DNA of 64,000 nt, taken from positions 19,451 to 83,450 of the forward strand of contig PCXQ01000003.1 of assembly GCA_002794035.1 (NCBI GenBank). The letters run 5' to 3'. Numbering within the stretch: position 1 is the first letter of the stretch; each line of letters starts with the position of its first letter. This stretch comes from Candidatus Yanofskybacteria bacterium CG10_big_fil_rev_8_21_14_0_10_36_16. Its GTDB lineage: Bacteria; Patescibacteriota; Minisyncoccia; 2-02-FULL-40-12; IGHO2-01-FULL-4-A. Made by a program: the position numbers and the translations under genes. A model generated the notes under the pieces. The model worked only from the letters and a program-made list of their open reading frames with translations, had not been told where the DNA came from and searched no databases. Positions 38,249 to 48,904 of the stretch are shown here, piece by piece.

Positions 38249-39373
38249 ATGAAATTATTATATTCTTCGGCAGCTCTTGTTACAACCTTGGTGGGTGTTG
38301 GCATTTTTGGTATACCCTTTTCTTTTGTTAAGGCTGGTTTTGTGACTGGACTTGTGTTTTTAATAATTATTGTTGCATTGTCTTTGTTTAGAAATTTAAT
38401 GTTTGGTGAAATAATTCTGCGCACTCATGAGCGTCATCAAATAATAGGATACGCCGATATATATTTAGGTCCTCTTGGTAAAAAAATAGCTCTGTTTTCG
38501 TATATGCTTGGTATCTATGGTGCCTTGCTTGCTATCATTGCAATTAGCGGTAATTTTTGGGCTAATGTTTTTTTCTTTTTTGATTTTTCTTTAACAACAT
38601 TTAGTACCTTATTTTTTATATTGGCTACTTCCGTAATTGTTTTGGGGCTTAAAGGTGCTTCAAAAATTGATTTCGTGTTGTTGCTAATGTTTGTTTTTAT
38701 TGTGTCTATAATTTCTGTAATGAGCGCAGGTCGTATTGATGTAGCTAACTATAAGACACTTTTTTCTTTGGAATTCTGGTTCTTGCCCTTTGGAGTGGTT
38801 TTGTTTGCTATGGAAGGTTTATCTTCCATACCTCTTTTAAGAGAGGCATTAGTGGGAGAGGATTATTTAACAAGGAAGGCTATAACTTGGGGCACTTTAA
38901 TTCCTGCGGGGCTTTACCTTTTGTTTGCTATTATTATTGTTGGTGTGTCCGGTGATATTACATCACCAGATGCAATATCGGGACTCGGAGAATTTTTGGG
39001 AACAAAAGCTATTATTATTGGTTCTATTCTTGGCTTAATATCTACATTTACAGTTTTTGTTAACACTTCCTTAGCTCTTAAGAAATCTTTTATGTACGAT
39101 TTTGATATGGGCACAACCAAGGCTCAGCTTCTCGTGTCCTTACCTCCTTATCTGCTTTTCTTGTCAGGATTGAGGGATTTTATAGAAATTATTGGTCTTG
39201 TTGGTTCTATTGCAGTAAGTTTGATAACCATACTGCTTATATTTATTTTTATTAAAGCAAGAGAGGAAGGAGATCGTATTCCGGAATATACTATTTTTGC
39301 ACCAAAGTGGCTTCTTTATAGTATGATTTTAATATTTGGAGCAGGAATTGTGTATTCATTTATGTTTTTTTAA
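38249..39373 (+). CDS. amino-acid permease-like transporter (11-12 TM)
   Basis: LVGVGIFGIPFSFVKAGFVTG resembles aromatic amino-acid permease N-terminus; 374 aa polytopic. Confidence 0.5.
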   Translation: MKLLYSSAALVTTLVGVGIFGIPFSFVKAGFVTGLVFLIIIVALSLFRNLMFGEIILRTHERHQIIGYADIYLGPLGKKIALFSYMLGIYGALLAIIAISGNFWANVFFFFDFSLTTFSTLFFILATSVIVLGLKGASKIDFVLLLMFVFIVSIISVMSAGRIDVANYKTLFSLEFWFLPFGVVLFAMEGLSSIPLLREALVGEDYLTRKAITWGTLIPAGLYLLFAIIIVGVSGDITSPDAISGLGEFLGTKAIIIGSILGLISTFTVFVNTSLALKKSFMYDFDMGTTKAQLLVSLPPYLLFLSGLRDFIEIIGLVGSIAVSLITILLIFIFIKAREEGDRIPEYTIFAPKWLLYSMILIFGAGIVYSFMFF

Positions 39374-39389
39374 TTTTATTTAATTTTTT

Positions 39390-40757
39390 ATGAGATTTAG
39401 AATAAATTCCCAAAATTTAGAAAAGGCACTATTCTATCTGCTTCTTTTTGCTATTCCTTTTGAGATAAAAAAGCACCTCTGGTCTTGGGGGCGTTTTAAT
39501 GTCGAGTGGACTTCTGGATTTTTGTGGGTATCTGACCTTTTAATTATCGGATTATTAATTTTGTGGCTGGTTAGGTCAAAATTTAAATTTAGATTAAAGC
39601 CTGATTTAATTGAAGTTTGTCTGCTGGCCTTTTTTATTATCTCGGGACTGTCGATTTTTATTGCTTCCATTAAGCCTATTGCAATATTTCAATTTGTGAA
39701 GCTAGCTGAATTTATCGGTTTGTTTTTTTATATACGTTATAATTTTGAAAAAGTTTTTTATTTTGTGCCGTCTTTGATGACTTTGGTATTTTCAGGATTT
39801 ATTCAAGCTTTTATTGCAATTAGTCAGTCTGTGACGCAGGGCGTTTTGGGTCTTAAATATTTTGGCGAGCCGGTATTTAAAAGTTTGGACACAATAGGTG
39901 TAGCAGTTTTTTATAGTGAGGGTGTAAAGTTTTTGCGAGCTTACGGAACAACACCCCATCCTAATGTTTTAGCAGCTTTTTTATTTTTTGGAATATTTTC
40001 TTTTTATTGGCTTTATTTAACTGGTTACAAAGAAACATCTGAGATCTGGCACAAGAAAATATATGAATATGGAATATTGGCGGTTTATGCAATTATGCTC
40101 CTTGCTTTTTTTTCTACTTTTTCAAGAATAATTATAGGATTTTGGGCACTAGGGGTAACGGCTCATATAGTCATAATATTAACTTACAAAAAGTTTGGTA
40201 ATTTTAGAAAGCATGCCCAAACACATATTTATCAGCTGGTGGTTGTTACTGGCATCGTTGCGGGTTTGTTTTCTTTGGTATATTGGCCTCAGTTAATGTC
40301 TCGAATCAATGTATCTATTGAGGAGGAAGCGATTACTCATCGTGTCCGTTACAATCATGTAGCAGGTGATATCTCAAACGACAGACCTCTTTTAGGAATA
40401 GGTCTCGGCCAATTTGTGCCAGAGTTTATGGAGCGTGAGCCTAATATGCATTATAATTTTTATCAGCCAGTTCATAATATTTATTTATTAATATTGTCTG
40501 AAACAGGATATTTTGGTTTTTTGTTTCTTGCAGTCTTTCTATTTGTTGGTTTTAAAAAATTTATAAGATCTTTAGATTTTACAAAGGTATATCATTATTC
40601 ATTCGTTATATTTGTTGTTACTGTTTTGGCGTTTGGAATTTTTGATCATTTCACATGGACTTTGCAAATGGGTAGGTTGATGTTGTGGATTACCCTGGGT
40701 TTCATATCTGCTATTGTCCTGCAAAACATTAGGTACAAAAAACGAATCAAAAATTAA
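39390..40757 (+). CDS. O-antigen ligase-like (Wzy_C/WaaL family) membrane protein
   Basis: Polytopic; HNIYLLILSETGYFGFLFL matches O-antigen ligase domain motif. Confidence 0.6.
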   Translation: MRFRINSQNLEKALFYLLLFAIPFEIKKHLWSWGRFNVEWTSGFLWVSDLLIIGLLILWLVRSKFKFRLKPDLIEVCLLAFFIISGLSIFIASIKPIAIFQFVKLAEFIGLFFYIRYNFEKVFYFVPSLMTLVFSGFIQAFIAISQSVTQGVLGLKYFGEPVFKSLDTIGVAVFYSEGVKFLRAYGTTPHPNVLAAFLFFGIFSFYWLYLTGYKETSEIWHKKIYEYGILAVYAIMLLAFFSTFSRIIIGFWALGVTAHIVIILTYKKFGNFRKHAQTHIYQLVVVTGIVAGLFSLVYWPQLMSRINVSIEEEAITHRVRYNHVAGDISNDRPLLGIGLGQFVPEFMEREPNMHYNFYQPVHNIYLLILSETGYFGFLFLAVFLFVGFKKFIRSLDFTKVYHYSFVIFVVTVLAFGIFDHFTWTLQMGRLMLWITLGFISAIVLQNIRYKKRIKN

Positions 40758-40859
40758 AAATTTAAACTAATTTTAATTTAAGAGTATTAACCCGTTTTTT
40801 TTGATTTGTGAACAACTATATAGTAATTCGGAGTGTTTTGTGGTATATTGTCTTTATAA

Positions 40860-42158
40860 ATGTTTAAACTAAAAAAACTAACTATTTTCACGTTTTTGGC
40901 GCTGTTTTTAATGTTAACGCCAGCTCTAGCTTTTGCCGATTCAGGCAGGTTTTTTGTTAAAACAACAAGTGGTTTTTGGAAAGTTGCATTAGGTGCAAGA
41001 CATGTTTTTGATGCTGGTTTTAGTGCTGAATTAAATGATTTTCAGTTTAGGTTTGCAAAAATATTCGGACTTGAAGTTGAAGAAGTAGATATATTCAATG
41101 TTTTGCCAGAATCTGTCATGGTGGAAGAAGTTATTGAACAAAAAGCTTCCGAAGTTGCTTCTGATGTCGTAAGTCAGGTACCTGCTTCTTCTGATGTAGG
41201 TGCAGAGGTAGAGGTAAAACCAGAAAATAATAAAGGAAACAAGCCAGATAATTCTGATGTGCAAAGAATTAAACCGTCTGATCAAACACCATGGGGGATT
41301 GAAGTGGTTTATAATAATTCCGAAATTGCTTCTACTTCCGGCGGTTTTAATGTGAATGTTGCCGTGCTTGATACTGGTGTGAATTTTGATCATCCAGATT
41401 TAAGCGGAGTTAAGGGAACTTGTTTCGATTTTACGAGTCCTGTGAAAGCAGTAAAAGAGGGTAGTTGTGGTGATAAAAATGGTCACGGTACTCATGTAGC
41501 AGGTATTGTAGGAGCTAATTCTGGTGCTGATGGCTTAGGTGTTTATGGCGTAGCACCTTTAGTTTCTGTTTCGGCATACAAGGTTTGCGGCAATAATGGT
41601 TTTTGTTTTGCTGATGATATTGCGTCAGCATTAAGACACGCAGCTGATAACGGAATAAATGTTGTTAATATGAGTTTGGGCAGTGATGCAGATTCATCTT
41701 TAATAAGTAGTGCTGTTGATTACGCTTTTTCCAAAGGGGTATTAATGGTTTCTGCATCAGGCAACGATGGACCTTTTGAAAACAGTATTGACTTCCCTGC
41801 CGCTTACAAAGAAGTTGTGGCAGTGGGCGCCATTAACTCATTGATTGAGATAACCGAATGGAGCTCAAGGGGCAACAACTTAAAAACAGAACCTTTTGTG
41901 GTTGAGGATGGTGACATAGAGTTTGCTTTGCCCGGAGAAAACATTGAGTCAACATGGAAGGACAACGGGTATGCCATTCTTTCAGGAACATCAATGGCAT
42001 CTCCTTTCTTATCCGGTCTCGCCGCTAAATATTGGCAGTTTGATGCCGAAGATCCAGCAGCTGCAACAAGAGAGTTTTTGCATTTATTGGCTTCAGATAT
42101 TGATGGCGTAGGAGATGACAATGCGTCTGGATTTGGTTTGGTTAGGGTGTCTGAGTAG
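40860..42158 (+). CDS. secreted subtilisin-like serine protease (peptidase S8)
   Basis: Signal peptide; catalytic triad motifs VAVLDTGV (Asp), HGTHVAG (His), GTSMASP (Ser). Confidence 0.85.
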   Translation: MFKLKKLTIFTFLALFLMLTPALAFADSGRFFVKTTSGFWKVALGARHVFDAGFSAELNDFQFRFAKIFGLEVEEVDIFNVLPESVMVEEVIEQKASEVASDVVSQVPASSDVGAEVEVKPENNKGNKPDNSDVQRIKPSDQTPWGIEVVYNNSEIASTSGGFNVNVAVLDTGVNFDHPDLSGVKGTCFDFTSPVKAVKEGSCGDKNGHGTHVAGIVGANSGADGLGVYGVAPLVSVSAYKVCGNNGFCFADDIASALRHAADNGINVVNMSLGSDADSSLISSAVDYAFSKGVLMVSASGNDGPFENSIDFPAAYKEVVAVGAINSLIEITEWSSRGNNLKTEPFVVEDGDIEFALPGENIESTWKDNGYAILSGTSMASPFLSGLAAKYWQFDAEDPAAATREFLHLLASDIDGVGDDNASGFGLVRVSE

Positions 42159-42199
42159 GATTTAGATTATAGTTTTGTTTAAAAAATAATTAGTTAAGA

Positions 42200-42832
42200 T
42201 TGGTTATTAATAGATTAATAAAATATTTGTTGGCATATGATTTAATACTCAGCTTTGCGCTGGGTCTTTTAGTGCCATTTCTTTCCGTGTTTGTTATCCA
42301 AGATATCCATGGGGGGAATATTAAGGTTGCCGGTCTTTCTTTTACTGTTTACTGGTTGGTGAGAGTTATCACAGTAACGCCTTTGGCTAGATTTATGGAT
42401 AGTCATGATGGAGAAAGGGATGAATACTTTTTTACGATCGCAGGATCTTTCATGCTTTCAACCCTGATGTTGTTTTTTATATGGGCTGATAAAGCTTGGC
42501 ATATATATTTAATCCAGGGCTTAATCGGTGCTTCTAATTCAATGGCGGTGCCGGGTTGGAGAATATTATTTACTGATCATTTAGATAAAGGCAAGGTTGG
42601 TCTCGAGTGGTCTTTTGATGATATTGTTATAGGCATATCTACTGCCGTGAGTGCTTATTTGGGAGCTATTATTGTTGATGATTACGGATTTAAAACCTTG
42701 TTTGTTATAATATCTATATTGGGGTATATAGGCACCCTTATGTTGATTCCAACTTGGAAAAGCATTAGAAAAAAGCCTAAACACAAAAGAAAGAGAACTT
42801 TGATTGCAAAAGATCCCTTCCCAAGTGGATAG
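42200..42832 (+). CDS. hypothetical membrane protein (6 TM, MFS-half-like), basic C-terminus
   Basis: 210-aa hydrophobic ORF. Confidence 0.45.
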   Translation: MVINRLIKYLLAYDLILSFALGLLVPFLSVFVIQDIHGGNIKVAGLSFTVYWLVRVITVTPLARFMDSHDGERDEYFFTIAGSFMLSTLMLFFIWADKAWHIYLIQGLIGASNSMAVPGWRILFTDHLDKGKVGLEWSFDDIVIGISTAVSAYLGAIIVDDYGFKTLFVIISILGYIGTLMLIPTWKSIRKKPKHKRKRTLIAKDPFPSG

Positions 42833-42837
42833 ATAAA

Positions 42838-43203
42838 ATGTTTGTTTTTAATAAAATAAGTTTTTTAAATATGAAAAAGTTTTTGCGATTATTATTGGTA
42901 ATATTGGCTGTAAAAAAGTATCATGACAAGGTTCATGGCATTATCCAATTTGCTGGTAAGATTCGCGGAGCCATTCTTTTTATGCTAACTATCGCTATTG
43001 CTTTAATTACTATAGGTGTCTTTTTCCTCCTTCAAAACTTCGGTGTGATACCTGAAATTGTTTGGGGTACTATTTGGCCATCCGTTCTAATCATTGTAGG
43101 GGTGTACTTATTTGTAAAGGTTCATCATTTTTACAGTTTTATTAGAAAAATGCATAAAATGGCGGATAAGATAGAGAAGAAATTTATGCACCCCATGGAT
43201 TAA
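42838..43203 (+). CDS. hypothetical small membrane protein
   Basis: ORF; alternative start at 42871 (MKKFLRL). Confidence 0.4.
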   Translation: MFVFNKISFLNMKKFLRLLLVILAVKKYHDKVHGIIQFAGKIRGAILFMLTIAIALITIGVFFLLQNFGVIPEIVWGTIWPSVLIIVGVYLFVKVHHFYSFIRKMHKMADKIEKKFMHPMD

Positions 43204-43303
43204 AAATGTTTTTTAAAAAATAAAAGCGCTCGATTAAGAGTGTTTTTATTTTTTTAATTTAGTAATTGTTTTATAGCATGCTGTGTGATAAGCATATCTT
43301 TTT

Positions 43304-43687
43304 ATGAGTATTAAAAAAATATTTTTTATATTTATAACTGCTTTTTTGCTCAATACTGTTTGGGAGCATTTGCATTCTTTGCTGTATATTCATTATAAAG
43401 GCGGTGAAATAACAAATTTTATTTTGTTTAGAGCTACGCTCTTTGATGCTGTTTTTATAACAGTTTTAATTTTTGTTATGGCCAACATAAAATCTTTGAA
43501 CAAAACTTGGTTTCTTGTTTCCGTTAGTGTTGCCACAGCAATTTTAATAGAGATTTATGCACTCAGTACCGGAAGATGGGCTTATGGTGCAATGCCGGTT
43601 ATCCCTATTATAAATACAGGTCTTACTCCTACTGTTCAGCTTGCATTCCTTGGCTACATAACTAAAAGACTCAATAAGATTTCATAA
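43304..43687 (+). CDS. hypothetical membrane protein (4 TM)
   Basis: 127-aa hydrophobic ORF. Confidence 0.45.
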   Translation: MSIKKIFFIFITAFLLNTVWEHLHSLLYIHYKGGEITNFILFRATLFDAVFITVLIFVMANIKSLNKTWFLVSVSVATAILIEIYALSTGRWAYGAMPVIPIINTGLTPTVQLAFLGYITKRLNKIS

Positions 43688-43744
43688 GATATGACCTGTT
43701 TTGACTATTTGTAAAAAATAAATCAAAAAGATAAAATTAAATTA

Positions 43745-44506
43745 ATGGCAAGAATTATCGGAGTTATAAATCAAAAGGGAGGAACAGCCAAAACGACTAC
43801 GTCGGTTAATTTGGGCGCATATTTAGCGGCTTTGGGAAAAAATGTTCTTTTGGTTGATTTAGATCCCCAAGCAAATGCCACAACTGGCGTGGGGCATCGT
43901 TTAAGGGAAGAAGATTTTAATATATACCATGCAATGATAGATGATTCAGAACCCGGTGCTTTAGTTAGAAATACAGGTATTTTTGGTTTTAATGTATTGC
44001 CTTCGGCTTCTTCGTTGGCTGGAGCTACCGTCGAGCTTGCTTCGCTTAATGGCCGTGAGTTTCGTCTAAAAAACGTAATTAATAAGGTTAGATTTGATTA
44101 CGATTACGTTATAATAGATAGTCCGCCTTCTCTTGGACTTTTAACAATAAACGGACTTGCAGCATCTGAGTATTTGGTAATACCGGTCCAATGCGAATAT
44201 TATGCCCTTGAGGGTCTGACGCAGCTTCTTGAAACAATAGAGCTTGTCAGAGCATCGGTAAACCCAGAACTTAAAATAATGGGTGTTCTAATGACTATGT
44301 ATGACAAAAGAAACAAGCTTGCCAGAGAAGTGGTAAGAGAGGTTAGAGAAAATTTTCCCGGACATGTATTTGAATCAGTTATACCAAGGGCTATTTCTCT
44401 TGCAGAAGCTCCAAGTTTTGGAAAAACAATTTACCAATTTGATCCACAATCAAAAGGAGCAAGGGCCTATAGAGATTTAGCGGAAGAAGTGATAGAATTA
44501 TTATAG
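43745..44506 (+). CDS. parA: chromosome partitioning ATPase ParA/Soj
   Basis: Deviant Walker A NQKGGTAKTTTSVNLG; 253 aa. Confidence 0.9.
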   Translation: MARIIGVINQKGGTAKTTTSVNLGAYLAALGKNVLLVDLDPQANATTGVGHRLREEDFNIYHAMIDDSEPGALVRNTGIFGFNVLPSASSLAGATVELASLNGREFRLKNVINKVRFDYDYVIIDSPPSLGLLTINGLAASEYLVIPVQCEYYALEGLTQLLETIELVRASVNPELKIMGVLMTMYDKRNKLAREVVREVRENFPGHVFESVIPRAISLAEAPSFGKTIYQFDPQSKGARAYRDLAEEVIELL

Positions 44507-44537
44507 TCTTTTTTAATATTTTTTATAACTTAAAATT

Positions 44538-45428
44538 ATGTCTAAAAAAATGTTCGGACTTGGGCGAGGACTCGAGTCTTTAATAGCCACTAAAACAAAC
44601 AGGTCAGTTCCTCAAATTCAGGACAATATTTTTTATATTGAAATAAGTAAAATTAGACCAAACGAGAATCAGCCAAGAACAGATTTTGATAAAAAGAGCC
44701 TTGAGGAATTGGCAGAATCAATAAAAAAATACGGCATATTACAGCCTCTTTTAGTGTCCAAGCGTGAGGTAGAAAAAGGTAGAGGTATTGATGTGAATTA
44801 TGAAATAATTGCAGGAGAGCGAAGATGGCGCGCTTCTCAAATTGCTGGCCTTCCCCATGTGCCTGTTATAGTGAAGGACAACTTTGATCAAAGCAAGGCC
44901 AAATTAGAGGCAGCATTAGTTGAAAACCTACAAAGAGAAAATCTTAACCCAATGGAAGAAGCTGAGGCATATAAGCGTCTTGCTGATGAGTTTAAGTTAA
45001 AACAAAAGGAGGTCGCAGAGCGCGTAGGCAAGAGCAGGGAAGTTGTAGCTAACGCCATGCGTCTTGCAGAACTTCCTGCAGAAATAAAAGAAGCTGTTAG
45101 ATCGGGCAAGATATCCAGAACACACGCAAGAGCGCTTCTTTCATTTTCGGAACCAGAAAAGCAAAAACAAATGTTTAAAAGAATACTTGCCGGTAATTTT
45201 TCTACTAAAGACTTAGAACAGCACGCAAAAGAAGAAAAAGTAAATATTAATAAAGGCAATCAATCAACTAATCAAGTTCACCCCAAGTTCACAGAATTGC
45301 AGGATAATCTATCGGGCAAGCTCGGGACAGCCGTGTTTGTGAGAAGTGGAGCATCGGGGGGTAACATTACAATCAAATTCTCAAATCTTGAAGAATTAAA
45401 TAATATCGTGAAAGTTATACTTGACTAA
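44538..45428 (+). CDS. parB: chromosome partitioning protein ParB/Spo0J
   Basis: ParB box IIAGERRWRAS, HTH AERVGKSREVVANAMRL. Confidence 0.9.
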   Translation: MSKKMFGLGRGLESLIATKTNRSVPQIQDNIFYIEISKIRPNENQPRTDFDKKSLEELAESIKKYGILQPLLVSKREVEKGRGIDVNYEIIAGERRWRASQIAGLPHVPVIVKDNFDQSKAKLEAALVENLQRENLNPMEEAEAYKRLADEFKLKQKEVAERVGKSREVVANAMRLAELPAEIKEAVRSGKISRTHARALLSFSEPEKQKQMFKRILAGNFSTKDLEQHAKEEKVNINKGNQSTNQVHPKFTELQDNLSGKLGTAVFVRSGASGGNITIKFSNLEELNNIVKVILD

Positions 45429-45493
45429 TCTGTGATTATTTAATATAATTAATGATGTAAAGTTTTTTAACACGAGGTGCGAAAGGAGCAAGA

Positions 45494-45802
45494 ATGGAAG
45501 ACAAAGGTATCTTTTGGTACTCAGCATTAGAATTATTTGGGATTGATGAAGGGTCTAATATCCATCAAGTTATTGTTAGATTAAACGAGATGGGCAAAAT
45601 GAAAGTTTCCTTATTTCAGATTATGATGAGGTATGTAAAAAACGATCTCCCAATAACGGGCAGTATTGATGAAGATACAATCCGGGTTATTTCCAATTTA
45701 TACGAAGGGGCCAAGAAAGAAATAGAAAATCTAGATGAAGAAGTTGATAGAATTGTTAAGAAAATTTCAATGTGGGAAGAGCCCTCCATTCATATCGGCT
45801 AA
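45494..45802 (+). CDS. hypothetical protein (102 aa)
   Basis: SD cgaaaggagcaagaATG; terminator follows. Confidence 0.5.
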   Translation: MEDKGIFWYSALELFGIDEGSNIHQVIVRLNEMGKMKVSLFQIMMRYVKNDLPITGSIDEDTIRVISNLYEGAKKEIENLDEEVDRIVKKISMWEEPSIHIG

Positions 45803-45824
45803 TTATCGGCTAAAAGAGTTTGCA

Positions 45825-45860
45825 AAAGCCCTGCACTATGCGGGGCTTTTTATTTTTTTG
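45825..45860. terminator. bidirectional intrinsic terminator (aagccctgcac-tatg-cggggctt)
   Basis: GC stem with A-run/T-run; between convergent genes. Confidence 0.7.
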
Positions 45861-45867
45861 GTTCGTA

Positions 45868-48066
45868 TTATTTTTTCTTTGTTTTAACCGTTTTTTTATT
45901 TGCTCCTTTTTCTGTTCTTTCCTTGTCTTTTTCTAGTGCTTCTTCAAGATCTTTTTCATTTTCAGGTTTTTTAGACATTGTAAACTTACAGTCAGGGTAG
46001 TTGTTGCACGCATAAAATGTTTGACCTCGACCTCTAGATTTTCTTTCTACTATTTCACCTTTGTCGCATTTAGGGCATTTAAAGCCAGTCTTGTTTTCTA
46101 TTTTTTTAATACCTTTGCAGGTTGGATAGTCCTGACAGCCCAAAAAGTATCCATAACGTCCACGTTTTACTTCCATTAATTTACCGCATTCTGGGCATTT
46201 TTCGCCTTCGGTTTTTTCTTCTAATTGTTTAATCATAGCTTCTTCTTCCGGCAGGGGTTTTGTCCCTCCGCATTCCTTATCAGGGCACATGAGGAATTTA
46301 CCATGTCGGCCGAATTTTATAACCATTTTTTTATTGCATTTCGGGCAGGGGACTTCAGTTTCTTCTGTCGCTTGTTCAACTATTTTTACTTTTTTGTCTA
46401 AATTTTCCTTGAAGGGCCCGTAAAATTCTTTAATTACCGGCACCCAATCAGACTTACCCTCAGCTATTTGATCAAAGGACTCTTCAATGTGAGATGTGAA
46501 TTTTAGATCAACAATTTTAGGAAAATGCTCAACCAACATGTCGTTTACCAATATGCCGATTTCAGTAGGCTTATATTTTTTTTCTTCTTTTTCGACATAC
46601 CCCCTTGTTTGTATTGTGCTTAATGTTGGAGCATATGTTGATGGACGACCAATGCCTTCTTTTTCAAGGGTTTTAACAAGAGATGCGTCTGTGTATCTTG
46701 GAGGAGGCTGGGTAAAGTGTTGTTCGGGTTTTAGTTCTTTAAAGTTCAAAATCTCACCCTCATCAAGTTTTGGCAATTCAACATCCTCTGAAGAACGCCC
46801 ATATACTTTTAGAAAACCATCAAATTTCATTACTTGCCCATTGGCCCTGAAAATGTATTCATTGGATTTTGGATTTTGGATTTTGGATTTTGCCGATATA
46901 TCGGCGCTTGTTTGGTCATATAGGGCTGGCTTCATTTGACTGGCTAGGGTTCTTCGCCATATAAGGTCATATATTTTTTTCTGGCCTGGATCGATTTTGC
47001 CCAAGTCTTCGGGTTCTTTTGCAAGATTTGTTGGACGTATAGCTTCATGAGCTTCCTGAGCGCCCTTTGATTTTGTTTTATATTTTCTTGCTTCAGAATA
47101 ATTTTCACCAAATTTTTCGGTTATTACCTTTTTGGCTTGTACCAAAGCAGACTCCGCAATATTAACGCTGTCTGTTCTCATATAAGTAATATGTCCTGTT
47201 TCATATAGTTTTTGTGCATGCATCATTGTTTGCTTGGCTGACATTCCGTATTTCCTTGAAGCGGCTTGTTGAAGTGTTGAGGTGGTAAAAGGGGACACTG
47301 GATTTTTCTTTGCTTCTTTGCTTTCTATGTGTAATACCTTATATTCTGCGCCATCTAAATTTTTTATTATTTCATTTATTTCTTCTTCTTTCTTTATCTC
47401 TAACTTATCCAAGGTCTTATTCCCTATTTTATTTAGTCTTGCGGAAAATTCCTTTCCTTCTTTTTCAAAAACACTATCTAATGTCCAGTATTCTTCTTTG
47501 ATAAACTTTTCAATTTCCCGCTCCCGTTCAACTATGAGACGAAGGGCAACTGACTGAACCCTGCCTGCTGAAAGACCGTAACGTATTTTTTTCCACAAAA
47601 AAGGCGAAAGCTCGTAGCCTACGAGCCTATCAAGCACGCGCCTTGCCTGCTGGGCATCAACTAGGTGCATGTCAATATCTCGAGGGTTTTCAAGAGCTTT
47701 TTCAATGGCTGGTTTTGTGATTTCATGAAATACTATGCGTTTTACTTTTTTGCTTGTTCTGGGGCCATCAAGACCAAGAGCTTTAGTGAGATGCCATGCA
47801 ATGGCCTCTCCTTCACGGTCTTCATCAGTTGCGAGTATTACATCATCTGTTTTTTTAAGAGCGTCTTTTAGTTCTGCAACTTGTTTTTTTGCTTTGGCTG
47901 GAATTAAGTATTTGGGTTGGAAATTGTTTTCTATATCTACACCAATACGGGACTTAGGTAAGTCCCTGATGTGCCCCATGGAAGAGCGAACCAAATAACC
48001 GCTTCCAAGAAACTTTGTTATTGTTTTGGCTTTAGTTGGTGATTCTACAATTATTAAACTTGACAT
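45868..48066 (-). CDS. topA: DNA topoisomerase I with multiple C-terminal zinc-ribbon modules
   Basis: Toprim N-terminus MSSLIIVESPTKAKTI, active-site Tyr region (GHITYMRTDS), four CxxC..CxxC zinc ribbons; ORF extends to 48102 but TopA-type start is at 48066. Confidence 0.9.
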   Translation of the reverse strand: MSSLIIVESPTKAKTITKFLGSGYLVRSSMGHIRDLPKSRIGVDIENNFQPKYLIPAKAKKQVAELKDALKKTDDVILATDEDREGEAIAWHLTKALGLDGPRTSKKVKRIVFHEITKPAIEKALENPRDIDMHLVDAQQARRVLDRLVGYELSPFLWKKIRYGLSAGRVQSVALRLIVEREREIEKFIKEEYWTLDSVFEKEGKEFSARLNKIGNKTLDKLEIKKEEEINEIIKNLDGAEYKVLHIESKEAKKNPVSPFTTSTLQQAASRKYGMSAKQTMMHAQKLYETGHITYMRTDSVNIAESALVQAKKVITEKFGENYSEARKYKTKSKGAQEAHEAIRPTNLAKEPEDLGKIDPGQKKIYDLIWRRTLASQMKPALYDQTSADISAKSKIQNPKSNEYIFRANGQVMKFDGFLKVYGRSSEDVELPKLDEGEILNFKELKPEQHFTQPPPRYTDASLVKTLEKEGIGRPSTYAPTLSTIQTRGYVEKEEKKYKPTEIGILVNDMLVEHFPKIVDLKFTSHIEESFDQIAEGKSDWVPVIKEFYGPFKENLDKKVKIVEQATEETEVPCPKCNKKMVIKFGRHGKFLMCPDKECGGTKPLPEEEAMIKQLEEKTEGEKCPECGKLMEVKRGRYGYFLGCQDYPTCKGIKKIENKTGFKCPKCDKGEIVERKSRGRGQTFYACNNYPDCKFTMSKKPENEKDLEEALEKDKERTEKGANKKTVKTKKK

Positions 48067-48135
48067 AGTCCTGATAATATGATAAATATATAAAAATGTC
48101 AAATAGATAGACCTTTAAAAATAAAGGAGACAGAA

Positions 48136-48684
48136 ATGACAAAAAAAGGATTCATGTGGATGTTTGTTTTAATGTGGATTGTCTTTTTAAGTAATACTTT
48201 TGCATTATTTGCTGTACTTCCAGAGAAGCCCAGTGAGGATTTTGCAGTTGTGTATTTTGTTACCTTTGCTTCTGAAATTATTCTTTTTTGTTGGCTTATT
48301 TTTTTGTTTTCTGGCAGTTTCAATAATCTTTTATATAAAAATTGGACGGTTGTTGAACATTTCATAATTAAAGATCATAATCTTAGGCCCATCTATAGAG
48401 AATATAATAGGCAAGAAGGAAAAGTAATTATTTGGACTGTTGATAGCGACGGAAAAGTAAAAAGGGGAATTGTTAAAGATGAACAAACAGATAAATTTTT
48501 AAAGATGGAAGGCAGTATCCCCGCGATTGAAAATTTACCACATATAACAACTTTGTCTGGTGAAAAATATCTTAGACACGAAAATTTGCCAAATACTCAC
48601 CATGCTGTGAATTGTGTTGATGTTAAAGAGGAAGAACTTCAAGAAGTGCATGAAATAAGTGATGCTGGAGACATTAAAACATAA
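48136..48684 (+). CDS. hypothetical membrane protein (182 aa)
   Basis: SD aaaggagacagaaATG; two N-terminal TM helices; terminator 48691-48724. Confidence 0.55.
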   Translation: MTKKGFMWMFVLMWIVFLSNTFALFAVLPEKPSEDFAVVYFVTFASEIILFCWLIFLFSGSFNNLLYKNWTVVEHFIIKDHNLRPIYREYNRQEGKVIIWTVDSDGKVKRGIVKDEQTDKFLKMEGSIPAIENLPHITTLSGEKYLRHENLPNTHHAVNCVDVKEEELQEVHEISDAGDIKT

Positions 48685-48690
48685 TTTTTT

Positions 48691-48724
48691 CTTCCGACCC
48701 CGTGTAGCGGGGTCTTTTTTTATT
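48691..48724 (+). terminator. intrinsic terminator (cgaccccg-tgtag-cggggtc + T-run)
   Basis: GC stem + tttttttatt. Confidence 0.75.
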
Positions 48725-48904
48725 GCCTCCTGTAGTAACTCAGTATTTTTTTAATTATCTTTATTATTTGGTTTTATTACTTCTGTGACAAGTGATCACA
48801 AATTAATAACCGAGGCATTTTTTATAAGTTCTTACTTTCAAAAAATGCCTCCCTTATTCTGCTGAGCACTCTTTTAAGTTGGAAATAAAATTACTCTTAG
48901 TGGA

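Noticed and set aside
43745-45500. parS site (tGTTtCACGTGaAACa) near parAB
   Set aside because: No match within the operon or its flanks. The nearest look-alike, at 4083-4103 (agtgaa-acag-ttcact), has a different spacer and geometry.
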